A DNA stretch of 32,000 bases from Bacteroides intestinalis DSM 17393 (GTDB taxonomy: Bacteria > Bacteroidota > Bacteroidia > Bacteroidales > Bacteroidaceae): positions 3,107,080 through 3,139,079 of the forward strand of contig NZ_ABJL02000008.1 of the NCBI RefSeq assembly GCF_000172175.1, given 5' to 3'. The notes beneath the pieces were generated by a model, which worked only from the letters and a program-made list of their open reading frames with translations, searched no databases and was not told where the DNA came from. The translations under genes were made by a program, and so were the position numbers. Shown here piece by piece: positions 9,453 to 17,335 of the stretch (its first letter is position 1; the number at the start of each line of letters is the position of its first letter).

Positions 9453-10665
9453 AGGCATACATTTCATACATATACTGGTGCTTATTTACTATTCCTGCCC
9501 CCGCTATCTTCACGATTACGCTATTATCCATAATCCGCCCCCCGGTTTCAGGAAAAGTTTCGGGTTCTTTTCCTCTCCCGTACGTATCTTTTATAGGGAT
9601 CAGAAAACGACTCCTAATACCGGCTTTTCTATAACCTCCCGTAAAATAGAAATATTCTTTCAAAGGTGAATTACGCAAGAACCTATCCAGCAGAGCGTAT
9701 GATCTGAAATGCTTCAAATGCCCCTGGTAGGAGTTTAGCACAGCCAACATCTTTCGCAGTCTTTCCGGAGCGGGTTTTCCTTTGGAACTCTCTTTTTCCA
9801 GCCTGTGTACCGCTTCCCGAAAAAATCCTGCGGTACGTTTTGACGGATATTTCCTGTACGGTCTCACATACGCTCCCAGAAAAGCCACACCACGACTGTA
9901 ATGCTGCAATTCGATTTTATCCGGATGCAACTCCAACTCCAATTCTTCCTTCAAGAATTCCCGTATCCATGGAATCAGTTCCTTTAGATAGCGTTTGCTT
10001 GGATGGACAATAAAAAAATCATCCACATAACGCCCGTAATGTTTACAGCGTAAAACACGCTTCACATATCCATCCAACTCCCCCAAATAGATGTTACTGA
10101 ACAGCTGGGATGTCAAATCTCCTATGGGAAGTCCCACACCTTCCGGAGAATTGAACAAACTTTTCGTGGGTGGAAGTCCTTCCCAATCTTCCGCGCTACC
10201 CCGTATCCGGCAATCCCGCTGGGGATTTCTGAATATAATCTGTCTTAGCAGGAAATCTATCAGTTCCATATCCGGGCATTCTTTTTGTTTCCGGCTTCTT
10301 CTATATCGTTCCAGTCCCTTGCAGATAAGATCGTACAGACGATCCTTCCTGATACTCATGAAATACCCCCTTAAGTCCAGTTTTAATATATAGGCACTAT
10401 AACGATAATTTTGCGTACAACTGCGTATGTGGTGTTCCAGGCGTGCTATTCCCTGACTTGTCCCCTTTCCTCGGCGACATGAATAACTGTCAAAAATCAT
10501 TCTGCCCTCAAACATAGGAGAAATATAATTATACAACAGATGATGCACTACCCTGTCCCTGAAATCCGAGGCAAAAATTTCTCGCTTCACTGGCCTGTTA
10601 ACCACGAAACATACCCCAGGTGAAGGAGTGTAGTTCCTATCCCTTATCTGTTCATACAACTCCAT
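9427..10665 (-). CDS. DGR-type reverse transcriptase (longest intact ORF; the true start is probably at 10793, see next feature)
   Basis: The motifs are SYSCRRGKGT, LPIGDLTSQLFSNIYL (the DGR-diagnostic [LIV]GxxxSQ) and YGRYVDDFFIV (YxDD). It lies next to TR and Avd. Confidence 0.9.
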   Translation of the reverse strand: MELYEQIRDRNYTPSPGVCFVVNRPVKREIFASDFRDRVVHHLLYNYISPMFEGRMIFDSYSCRRGKGTSQGIARLEHHIRSCTQNYRYSAYILKLDLRGYFMSIRKDRLYDLICKGLERYRRSRKQKECPDMELIDFLLRQIIFRNPQRDCRIRGSAEDWEGLPPTKSLFNSPEGVGLPIGDLTSQLFSNIYLGELDGYVKRVLRCKHYGRYVDDFFIVHPSKRYLKELIPWIREFLKEELELELHPDKIELQHYSRGVAFLGAYVRPYRKYPSKRTAGFFREAVHRLEKESSKGKPAPERLRKMLAVLNSYQGHLKHFRSYALLDRFLRNSPLKEYFYFTGGYRKAGIRSRFLIPIKDTYGRGKEPETFPETGGRIMDNSVIVKIAGAGIVNKHQYMYEMYAYETESTNI

Positions 10666-10793
10666 AAGATTATGTTCCAGATCAATCTCAAACGCAAGCT
10701 GGCTCGCAGTATTTCTCTTTTCTTCTTCCTCGCCTCGTAATAGGCATGAAAAAGATCCGTAAGCAAATCCTGTCTCTTATAACATTCAGCCAT
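10666..10793 (-). other. Displaced 5' end of the RT gene
   Basis: The ATG at 10793 encodes MAECYKRQDLLTDLFHAYYEARKKK in a different frame. The RT frame upstream of 10665 reads KRNTASQLAFEIDLEHNL with no start codon. One extra A in the A4 run (10718-10721 on +) fuses them into a canonical RT N-terminus. Confidence 0.6.
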
Positions 10794-10839
10794 TTCTGTA
10801 ATTTACATTCAAAGGATTCCCTGCCTCGTACAAGGATAA

Positions 10840-11029
10840 ATTCTTGGGAAGAACGCACCCCAAACCCGTACGCCCGATTGTTGTTGTTCAACGGGTTCAC
10901 GTTCGACGAGTTGAAGTTCAGGTTGCGACCGTTGTTCTGGTTGTTCGGAACCGCCGACCAACAGTAGCCGTAGCTGCTAACGTTGTTCGCCCCGCCATTG
11001 GAATAGTTGCGATACCCCGACGCAGGGAA
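10840..11029 (-). repeat. DGR template repeat (TR)
   Basis: It is about 190 nt homologous to the 3' end of the 885-aa gene. The conceptual translation has 17 Asn codons (15 AAC, 2 AAT). It sits between Avd and the RT. The 138-aa ORF on the track here is read-through, not a gene. Confidence 0.85.
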
Positions 11030-11261
11030 ATATAACCACTTATTTATATATCGGAGGACCTTTCGGAACCCCGATATAAAACTGTCCATTACTGCCCGCA
11101 ACATGGCTTCGGATACATCTATCCGCCATGACCGTTTTTACACGGACAGTGGGTTACTGAATTTATCTGGCACTCTCTCGCAAGTCTTGGCTATACGAAA
11201 TGCTGGCCTTATCCTGTTTTGTGTAGGCAAAGGAATCCTTTTTATTTATATCTTTTCTTGT

Positions 11262-11633
11262 TTATATTTTTTCTTGACTCTTTGCGTCCTGTCTCCGTGC
11301 ATAATCATGCCAAGCCGACAATTGCTTCGACAGCAACTCCACCTGTTGGGCAAACGCCGCATACTGCTTCACACTGATATGCCGCATATCTTGCAACAGT
11401 CTTAAACGGACCTTGACTCCTACAACCAGATCTCTTGCCCGTTCAATATACGGAAGTTTTCCAGTCGTAGCATTAGCCCTGTATATCATTACCATAATCT
11501 CGGTCAGATCCTTTTTCAACACCTCCACCAGTGTATATTTCACATCACGGGGAATCTTTCCCGTCTTCTCATACACACTCCTTAACAAGTCATATGCAGC
11601 CTTATACACAGGCAAATTATCATAAACTGCCAC
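11262..11633 (-). CDS. avd: Accessory variability determinant (Avd, four-helix-bundle protein)
   Basis: It is 123 aa, basic and helical (MAVYDNLPVYKAAYDLLRSVYEKT...). It occupies the canonical position between the target and TR. Confidence 0.8.
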   Translation of the reverse strand: MAVYDNLPVYKAAYDLLRSVYEKTGKIPRDVKYTLVEVLKKDLTEIMVMIYRANATTGKLPYIERARDLVVGVKVRLRLLQDMRHISVKQYAAFAQQVELLSKQLSAWHDYARRQDAKSQEKI

Positions 11634-11650
11634 TTCTCATTCATTGTATA

Positions 11651-12133
11651 TTAGAGCATCTTTTTCAACTCATTTACAAATAACATACAATCCATCGGAG
11701 TACTTTCCGCCAGATTGAACATCCGGATTCGCATGATTAACTCTCCATGCGGAATATTACTCCGTGACAGATTCTGCACACACGCATCTCTCCTCCCTAC
11801 AACTGAATGCTCCGATGAAAGTTCCTGTTTCCATTCTTCAAACCTCTGTCCGTCTATAGGTTTTAGCGTTCGCAACACAAGACGGTCAGGCATAGTCTCC
11901 ATATGCTCCAAAGAACCTATATACTTTTGTTCATGCTTACATGGAAATCCCACTGAAACTATCTCACCGCCACCGAGTGACTTTAACCTTCTTTTTATAG
12001 CCTTCAAAGGCTTGATCTGCGTACAGACAGCGTAAGCAGACTTTTCATAAGCTTTCCAGAAAAGCCCCTCACGATAAAGAATGATACTTCCGTTATTACC
12101 TGCTTCAGCTTCTATAAAATCCTTGCTGGTCAT
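11651..12133 (-). CDS. MutS-domain-I-like small protein (MSL-type DGR accessory candidate)
   Basis: GSIILYREGLFWKAYEKSAY...GGEIVSVGFPCKHEQKYI aligns by eye with E. coli MutS [20 protein letters not shown]...GEPIPMAGIPYHAVENYL. Confidence 0.45.
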   Translation of the reverse strand: MTSKDFIEAEAGNNGSIILYREGLFWKAYEKSAYAVCTQIKPLKAIKRRLKSLGGGEIVSVGFPCKHEQKYIGSLEHMETMPDRLVLRTLKPIDGQRFEEWKQELSSEHSVVGRRDACVQNLSRSNIPHGELIMRIRMFNLAESTPMDCMLFVNELKKML

Positions 12134-12164
12134 AATTATTTAATTTTAATATCTATAAAAATCG

Positions 12165-12208
12165 ACCGGCTTCGCCGGTACTATCCCTACGGCCTTAAAG
12201 CCGTAGGG
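12165..12208 (-). terminator. Two tandem hairpins downstream of VR
   Basis: The first has stem ccctacggc (12185-12193) / gccgtaggg (12200-12208), 9 bp with a 6-nt loop. The second has stem accggc (12165-12170) / gccggt (12174-12179) with a 3-nt loop. On the minus strand the second is followed by cgattttta (T5). Confidence 0.45.
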
Positions 12209-12246
12209 AAAATAATCCAATGAAACGGATACGGTCGCTACGCTCC

Positions 12247-14904
12247 CTATTCTTGGGAAGAACGCAACCCAAACCCGACAGCCCGATAGTTGGAGGTGCT
12301 CAAAGGGATCACTTGCAACGAGTAGAAGTACAGGTAGCGACCCTTGGTCGGGCTGGACGGAACCGCCGACCAATAGAAGCCGTCGCTACTAACGTTGCTC
12401 ACCATGCCATTGGAACGGTAGCGATACCCCGACGCAGGGAAGAAGATGGTTTTACTCTTTGAAGAATCAGTGTAGAAATTCCATCCCTTCAAGGAACTGC
12501 TGCTCCACGTTCCGTTGATTTCAGAAGACGTACTTGTACTGCCTCCGGTTGTTGTGAATCCAGTGAAAACATTACCGGGAGGAAGTTTGAAGCCCACAGG
12601 AGAGGGATCATAAATCGTTTTTATGACATTTTCGTCATTGGCAGTATAAACATTGTTATCGGCACTCCATAGATTTGCATATGTATTATCGCCATAATAT
12701 TGACTCTGCATCACATCCGGTTTGAGAATATAATTCATGATACAAGTGGCGCCGGTAGAAAAGTTCTCCGTTTTAGGACTTTCCGTGTGAGCATTGCCGT
12801 CTTTGTCGTACCAGATTTTATTGGTATTGGCCAATCCGTTCGAAGGTAGGAAAGGATCCTTGCGTCCCCATTGATAATAAGGATGATTGCCATCTGTTGT
12901 GATTGAATTCGAGGCTTGTTTGACGGTTATTGTCTGACTCTCTCCTCCGGCTGTGAATTTGACCTTGCAACTACGCTCTGCATAATTCGTGGTACTTCCA
13001 TCGCACCAGCCGAGATTGACAGACATCAATTTATACTTCTTACCCTGGAAATTGGTAATTTCAATGGCATTATTGATATCTTCATCGGTAACCCAGATAT
13101 GCCAGGACCACAGGACATTGTCGCCGGCATCCTTGATGGCAATGATGGCATTACCCTGTCGGATGGTATTCTTGTCCACCGTGAAAGATATATTGCCGTT
13201 GCCCGTATTGTTGTATTTTATATCGGTAACCAAATTCGGTGCGTCCTGCCATACCAGTTCTGCTTTAGCAGGCGTGCAGTCAGCGTTGTTGCGTATATAG
13301 GGGTCAGTGATCGCGTTACCAGCATGGTTGATGAAATGACTCAGAATAGTGGTTCTGGACGGAGCCGTAGAGGTATATGCGGACGTATTGGTCGTACCAC
13401 CTTTGATGGCATTTCCATATACCAGAGGGAAAGAGTAATATCCCGGAGCACCGACAACGTAGCAGTTGGCGGTGTTTTCATCCACTGTGCCACCATTAGT
13501 CTGGTTGGCAAGATTATATGGGACAGTTTCAGTACCTTTGACCGAAGCATTCTGTAGAGCAGCCGTATGTTGAGGATTAGCCTCTACGCCAGTCTGTGCG
13601 ATGACAGTTGCATTGTATGATTGTGGAGTATCTCCACCATTTCCGGATACGGTAAACGCATCCAGCCAGCCGGGTCTGGTATTGCTCCATGATGCCCCGC
13701 CATCTTCTGAATATTGTGCGGTCCATGCGACAGCCTCTTTAACCCCTTTGGTGTTCTGCCGGTAACTGGTCACATTGTATTGCTGCGTACCGCCTTCATA
13801 GGTAAAGTCGGCCGGGGAGGTAACGGCAAGTGTGTAGGTCCAGTTTATGGAACTGCTGGAAATCTTATAAGTGACGGTCTTGCCAACAGGCCAGACCGTG
13901 CCTTTGAGATCGGCAGTCAGCGTGTGGTCCATGCTGGAGTTATCAGTGAATACGACTTCAAGTTGCGCGCCGTCGGGAAGGGTCTGCGGAACCATCATGA
14001 AGGTCTGCGCATCGACAGTAAGGGGTTCGTCCGGGATTCCCGTAATGGATCTGTCCAATGTCTGCGGGAAAGTGGCGGGAGTACCTACACCGCTCCATGT
14101 CTGCGTTCCCATGTTGTAGGCCCCACTGGAATATACATTTTTCAAACTGACGCTCTTTACGGTACCTCCCTGCATGTCAGCTCCGCACACGAACCTGATG
14201 GCGGTCAGGGCATGCCTGAAGGTGAGCGGCACGGCAGCGTTGGTGTTCCCGTCCAGTTCATCCGTCTTTGCCACGAGAAGGTCTTCCTGCTCATTGACAT
14301 CGACCGGAACGGTCACACTGATGACAGGAGAACCGGCATATGCGCTGCCGGAAAGCACATAATGCCCGTTGTCTTTCGGAGCGTATGCGAAGAACCTCAT
14401 TTTGTATGAAGCCCCGGGCCAATAATAGGCGGAGGAAAGGACATAGTCACTGCCGGACTTGCTGGCAGTGGCATTATAGAAGTAGTCGGGGGTTCTGCTT
14501 TCGCTCCACGAACCGGTGTAGGAGTAAGCGGAGACACCGAAACTGTTGTACATATTGTCATTCTTGATGGGAGTGGCACGGGTAAGAGCTGCCGTGTCCG
14601 GACGATCGTCCGAAGAGGGTGAAGCAATGCTGTCTGTGTAAAGCGTGTGCAGGTAAAGAGGAGTGCTGCCTCCCTGCAGGGCGATGACAGTACCTTGCGG
14701 AACATCAGCATCGGTAGTGGAACGGGTTGACGGAGTCCAGGAGGAGCTGATCTCGGAGGTGAAAGATACATGCGGGGAAAGTGAAGGACGATCCATGTCA
14801 TCCTCACAAGAGAAAAGGCAAATACTGCCCGAAACAAGCGCCGAAAACAGATGACGCCAAAAGGCGTACCTGCCGGGAAATGATGTAAAACGGGAAAATT
14901 TCAT
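12247..14904 (-). CDS. Fimbrillin-family lipoprotein with C-terminal FISUMP/C-type-lectin-like domain; DGR target
   Basis: It has a lipobox LFSC and fimbrillin-like motifs (DLLVAKT, FRHALTAIRF). The C-terminus reads YDPSPVGFKLPPGNVF...FFPASGYR...YWSAVP...GFGLRSSQE and carries the VR. Confidence 0.85.
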   Translation of the reverse strand: MKFSRFTSFPGRYAFWRHLFSALVSGSICLFSCEDDMDRPSLSPHVSFTSEISSSWTPSTRSTTDADVPQGTVIALQGGSTPLYLHTLYTDSIASPSSDDRPDTAALTRATPIKNDNMYNSFGVSAYSYTGSWSESRTPDYFYNATASKSGSDYVLSSAYYWPGASYKMRFFAYAPKDNGHYVLSGSAYAGSPVISVTVPVDVNEQEDLLVAKTDELDGNTNAAVPLTFRHALTAIRFVCGADMQGGTVKSVSLKNVYSSGAYNMGTQTWSGVGTPATFPQTLDRSITGIPDEPLTVDAQTFMMVPQTLPDGAQLEVVFTDNSSMDHTLTADLKGTVWPVGKTVTYKISSSSINWTYTLAVTSPADFTYEGGTQQYNVTSYRQNTKGVKEAVAWTAQYSEDGGASWSNTRPGWLDAFTVSGNGGDTPQSYNATVIAQTGVEANPQHTAALQNASVKGTETVPYNLANQTNGGTVDENTANCYVVGAPGYYSFPLVYGNAIKGGTTNTSAYTSTAPSRTTILSHFINHAGNAITDPYIRNNADCTPAKAELVWQDAPNLVTDIKYNNTGNGNISFTVDKNTIRQGNAIIAIKDAGDNVLWSWHIWVTDEDINNAIEITNFQGKKYKLMSVNLGWCDGSTTNYAERSCKVKFTAGGESQTITVKQASNSITTDGNHPYYQWGRKDPFLPSNGLANTNKIWYDKDGNAHTESPKTENFSTGATCIMNYILKPDVMQSQYYGDNTYANLWSADNNVYTANDENVIKTIYDPSPVGFKLPPGNVFTGFTTTGGSTSTSSEINGTWSSSSLKGWNFYTDSSKSKTIFFPASGYRYRSNGMVSNVSSDGFYWSAVPSSPTKGRYLYFYSLQVIPLSTSNYRAVGFGLRSSQE
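12249..12441 (-). repeat. DGR variable repeat (VR)
   Basis: It covers the last about 64 codons of the target gene (FFPASGYRYRSNG...GFGLRSSQE) and is homologous to TR. Most TR Asn codons are replaced. Confidence 0.85.
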
Positions 14905-15151
14905 ATCTGTTACTTTAATGAATTAATCGTACCGGTAATAAAAATCATACAAACGTTAAAAAAGGATTTCCGACATGGATACCCCTTGAAAGAAAATGTC
15001 CGGAATACCTCTGGTAAAAAGTGCCTGGAAAGGAACAGACAGGGCGAAGATAGTAAAATCCGGCCCTGTCCCTCGCGGGGTAATGCAAGTCCAATCCCGT
15101 CCAGGCTGATTGTTAAATTACAATCAAAAATGAAACAAAATACTTTAGATT

Positions 15152-16300
15152 TTACATCGCGACATCTACTGGCTGGTCGGTCCACTCGTCAACAGTTACA
15201 GTAAACTTGATGGGGTTGCCCAGAACAGGATCACCACCGTTACCACCGGGTACCGGATCCGGATCAATGGTCGGATCGATGGGATTCGTCGGATCAGTGG
15301 GGTTCGGATCAATCTCACCAGTACCACCGCCGTTGCCGCAGAAGTTCAGCGTGTAGGTATATTTCTTACCAGGTTCCCAGTTGGTGTTGATACCTACGGC
15401 AGAGAATGCGTATTTGCCGTCCTTGGCATCACCTGCTGCCGGTTGCGGGTAAAGCAGTGTTTCATTGGCGCCGTCCAGGCTGTATATGCGACAGAGCACG
15501 GACAGGTAAGCACCAGTAGTTGCAGTAGTACCGTCCCATGCCGTTAGCTGCTGTGGAATAAGCATGAAGTTGTCGTCACCGAACATGATGCGTTGGGCAT
15601 CAGCTGTCAGGATGACGGGCGCCCCTCCCTTGATCATGTAGGCCTTTGTAGGATCGTCTTTTTCACTCCAGTTAGACCATTGGCTTTGCTGCAGGACATA
15701 GCTGGACTTGGTTTCTGTTTCCGGAAAGGCAAACTCGGCCTTTGCGGCGGCATTCACCAGTTTAACGCCCATGATCTCAATCTTTATCTTGTCATTGGAA
15801 CATTTGGCCTTGACCTCGATCTGGGAGAGGGCGTGCTTGAAGTTCATGGCAACACCGGGACCCTCGTTGACAGCCTTAGTTCCCGTATTGTAAGAGATCA
15901 CAAGATCCTTTTGATCTGCAACGGCCTGTGCGGGAGAGAAACCGGTTATCTTCTTTGACGCATTGTCTATACTCACTGTGCCGGCGGGAGCTTGGGGAGC
16001 ATAGGCGAAGAAGGCAAGCTCATAACCCGGCCAGTAGTAAGTGGAAGCGGTTGTCCAGTTTACACCGTTATCAGCAGAACTGACACCCAGGTCCGTGAAA
16101 TAATTCTTGCCATCACCGATGGCGGTCACATTGAATGCCGCCAGATTCTGCAGGCTTGTTACATTGGTACGGGTAACGGCCCTGTCCAAAGAAGCACGGA
16201 AGGAAATGCCGCCGCCATTGTTCACGTCAACGACATCATCGTTGGAACAAGAGGCCAACGCTGTTACAGCCATAGCTGCGAATAAAAGATTCTTTTTCAT
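15152..16300 (-). CDS. Fimbrillin-family (type V pilus) lipoprotein
   Basis: It starts MKKNLLFAAMAVTALASC (lipobox). Further motifs are DLVISYN and NFKHALSQIEVKAK, with a Pro/Asp-rich linker before the C-terminal strand. The ORF is open to 16312. Confidence 0.75.
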   Translation of the reverse strand: MKKNLLFAAMAVTALASCSNDDVVDVNNGGGISFRASLDRAVTRTNVTSLQNLAAFNVTAIGDGKNYFTDLGVSSADNGVNWTTASTYYWPGYELAFFAYAPQAPAGTVSIDNASKKITGFSPAQAVADQKDLVISYNTGTKAVNEGPGVAMNFKHALSQIEVKAKCSNDKIKIEIMGVKLVNAAAKAEFAFPETETKSSYVLQQSQWSNWSEKDDPTKAYMIKGGAPVILTADAQRIMFGDDNFMLIPQQLTAWDGTTATTGAYLSVLCRIYSLDGANETLLYPQPAAGDAKDGKYAFSAVGINTNWEPGKKYTYTLNFCGNGGGTGEIDPNPTDPTNPIDPTIDPDPVPGGNGGDPVLGNPIKFTVTVDEWTDQPVDVAM

Positions 16301-16393
16301 ACAGTAAAACATTAAAATTAAAAATATATTAAACAGATAAACTATTCATTCTTTACCTCCGTATCGTGAGGCATGGAGAGCACGGTCCGCAAA

Positions 16394-17335
16394 TCACATG
16401 GGAACATCCACGTCAACGTTCTGCCACTCGTCAACCGTGGGATGAAAGCCTCCGCCGTTAACAATGGGCTTGGGCAGGGGAAGGCCGTCCAGCATGATAT
16501 GGACATCACGGGGATCGGGGGCACCGTCAACCTGCCGGGTCACGTCAAACGTGTAGTAATTCCTACTTCCGTCAGACATGATCACGTAGATGACCAACTT
16601 GTGTACAGAATCTTCCGGACCGGTCTGCCCGAAAACCAGAAAGTCGGCCGTCAGGGTGGAGGTACCGTCGGAAACAACCCCGAAAGGTACGGTCACGGGA
16701 TCGGACGTAAGTTCGTTGCGACCGACAAGCATTCCTCCGGACATACCGGTAAGAGCACCGGAGACACCGTCAGGAGAAATATATTTTAGATTGGACACAT
16801 TCGTAATCGTAACCCGGTAACGGCATACCGAGAGTGCGGGATAGAGGGTTACCGTTTGGCTCTCTTTGGAGGGTTCAATCACAAGGTCGTAAAGACGGTC
16901 GCTGTAAAGACGGTCCGGAGACCCGGCGATACGCTCTCCCGAGGTGCCTTCCGCACGGGGAGCCGGAGAGCCCCCCACGTTCAGGACACCTTCGGGGGCA
17001 TAGGCCTCAAGGCCGTCGAACGAGTCGGTGTTCCGGTAAAGCACGGACTCCGTGTCCGAGTTGACACACAACGCCCTATAACCTCCCGCAGGCACGTTAA
17101 TGTAACCTCCCCGGTAATCGGTGAACTCGTAGGCCTGGGAGGTACCCCCATCGACAGGGAACAGATAAAGGCGCATGGTTTCAGGGCTCGCGCCGGGAGT
17201 GTTACGCCAGTCGAAAACCACCTGTACTCTATAGGTATGGGAATGGTCGTAGCACAAATCCTTATGTTCGCAGGATATTAATAACAGACTTGCAAATATA
17301 GTGACAGCCTGTAAGATTAGATTCATCTTGTTCAT
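16394..17335 (-). CDS. Pilus anchor-type lipoprotein (DUF5119 / Mfa2-FimB-like, tentative)
   Basis: It has the lipobox LLLISCEHKDLCYDHSH. Its start overlaps the upstream stop as ATGA. Its position in the operon fits. Confidence 0.55.
   Translation of the reverse strand: MNKMNLILQAVTIFASLLLISCEHKDLCYDHSHTYRVQVVFDWRNTPGASPETMRLYLFPVDGGTSQAYEFTDYRGGYINVPAGGYRALCVNSDTESVLYRNTDSFDGLEAYAPEGVLNVGGSPAPRAEGTSGERIAGSPDRLYSDRLYDLVIEPSKESQTVTLYPALSVCRYRVTITNVSNLKYISPDGVSGALTGMSGGMLVGRNELTSDPVTVPFGVVSDGTSTLTADFLVFGQTGPEDSVHKLVIYVIMSDGSRNYYTFDVTRQVDGAPDPRDVHIMLDGLPLPKPIVNGGGFHPTVDEWQNVDVDVPM

Noticed and set aside
9427-10665. I considered whether the RT could be a retron, group II intron or defence-associated RT.
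   Set aside because: An adjacent TR/VR pair with Asn-codon-rich TR, the Avd gene and the [LIV]GxxxSQ motif all point to a DGR. There is no maturase/X domain, no intron RNA structure and no msr/msd-like inverted repeats flanking it.
10688-11104. A 138-aa minus-strand ORF on the track.
   Set aside because: It is a conceptual read-through of the non-coding DGR template repeat (Asn-rich copy of the target C-terminus), not a gene.
14905-15151. A 91-aa ORF (14910-15185) and a gacagggc/gccctgtc hairpin in the gap between the fimbrillin and target genes.
   Set aside because: The ORF overlaps the fimbrillin 3' end and has no motif. The hairpin has a 17-nt loop and no T-run, so neither a gene nor a terminator call is justified.
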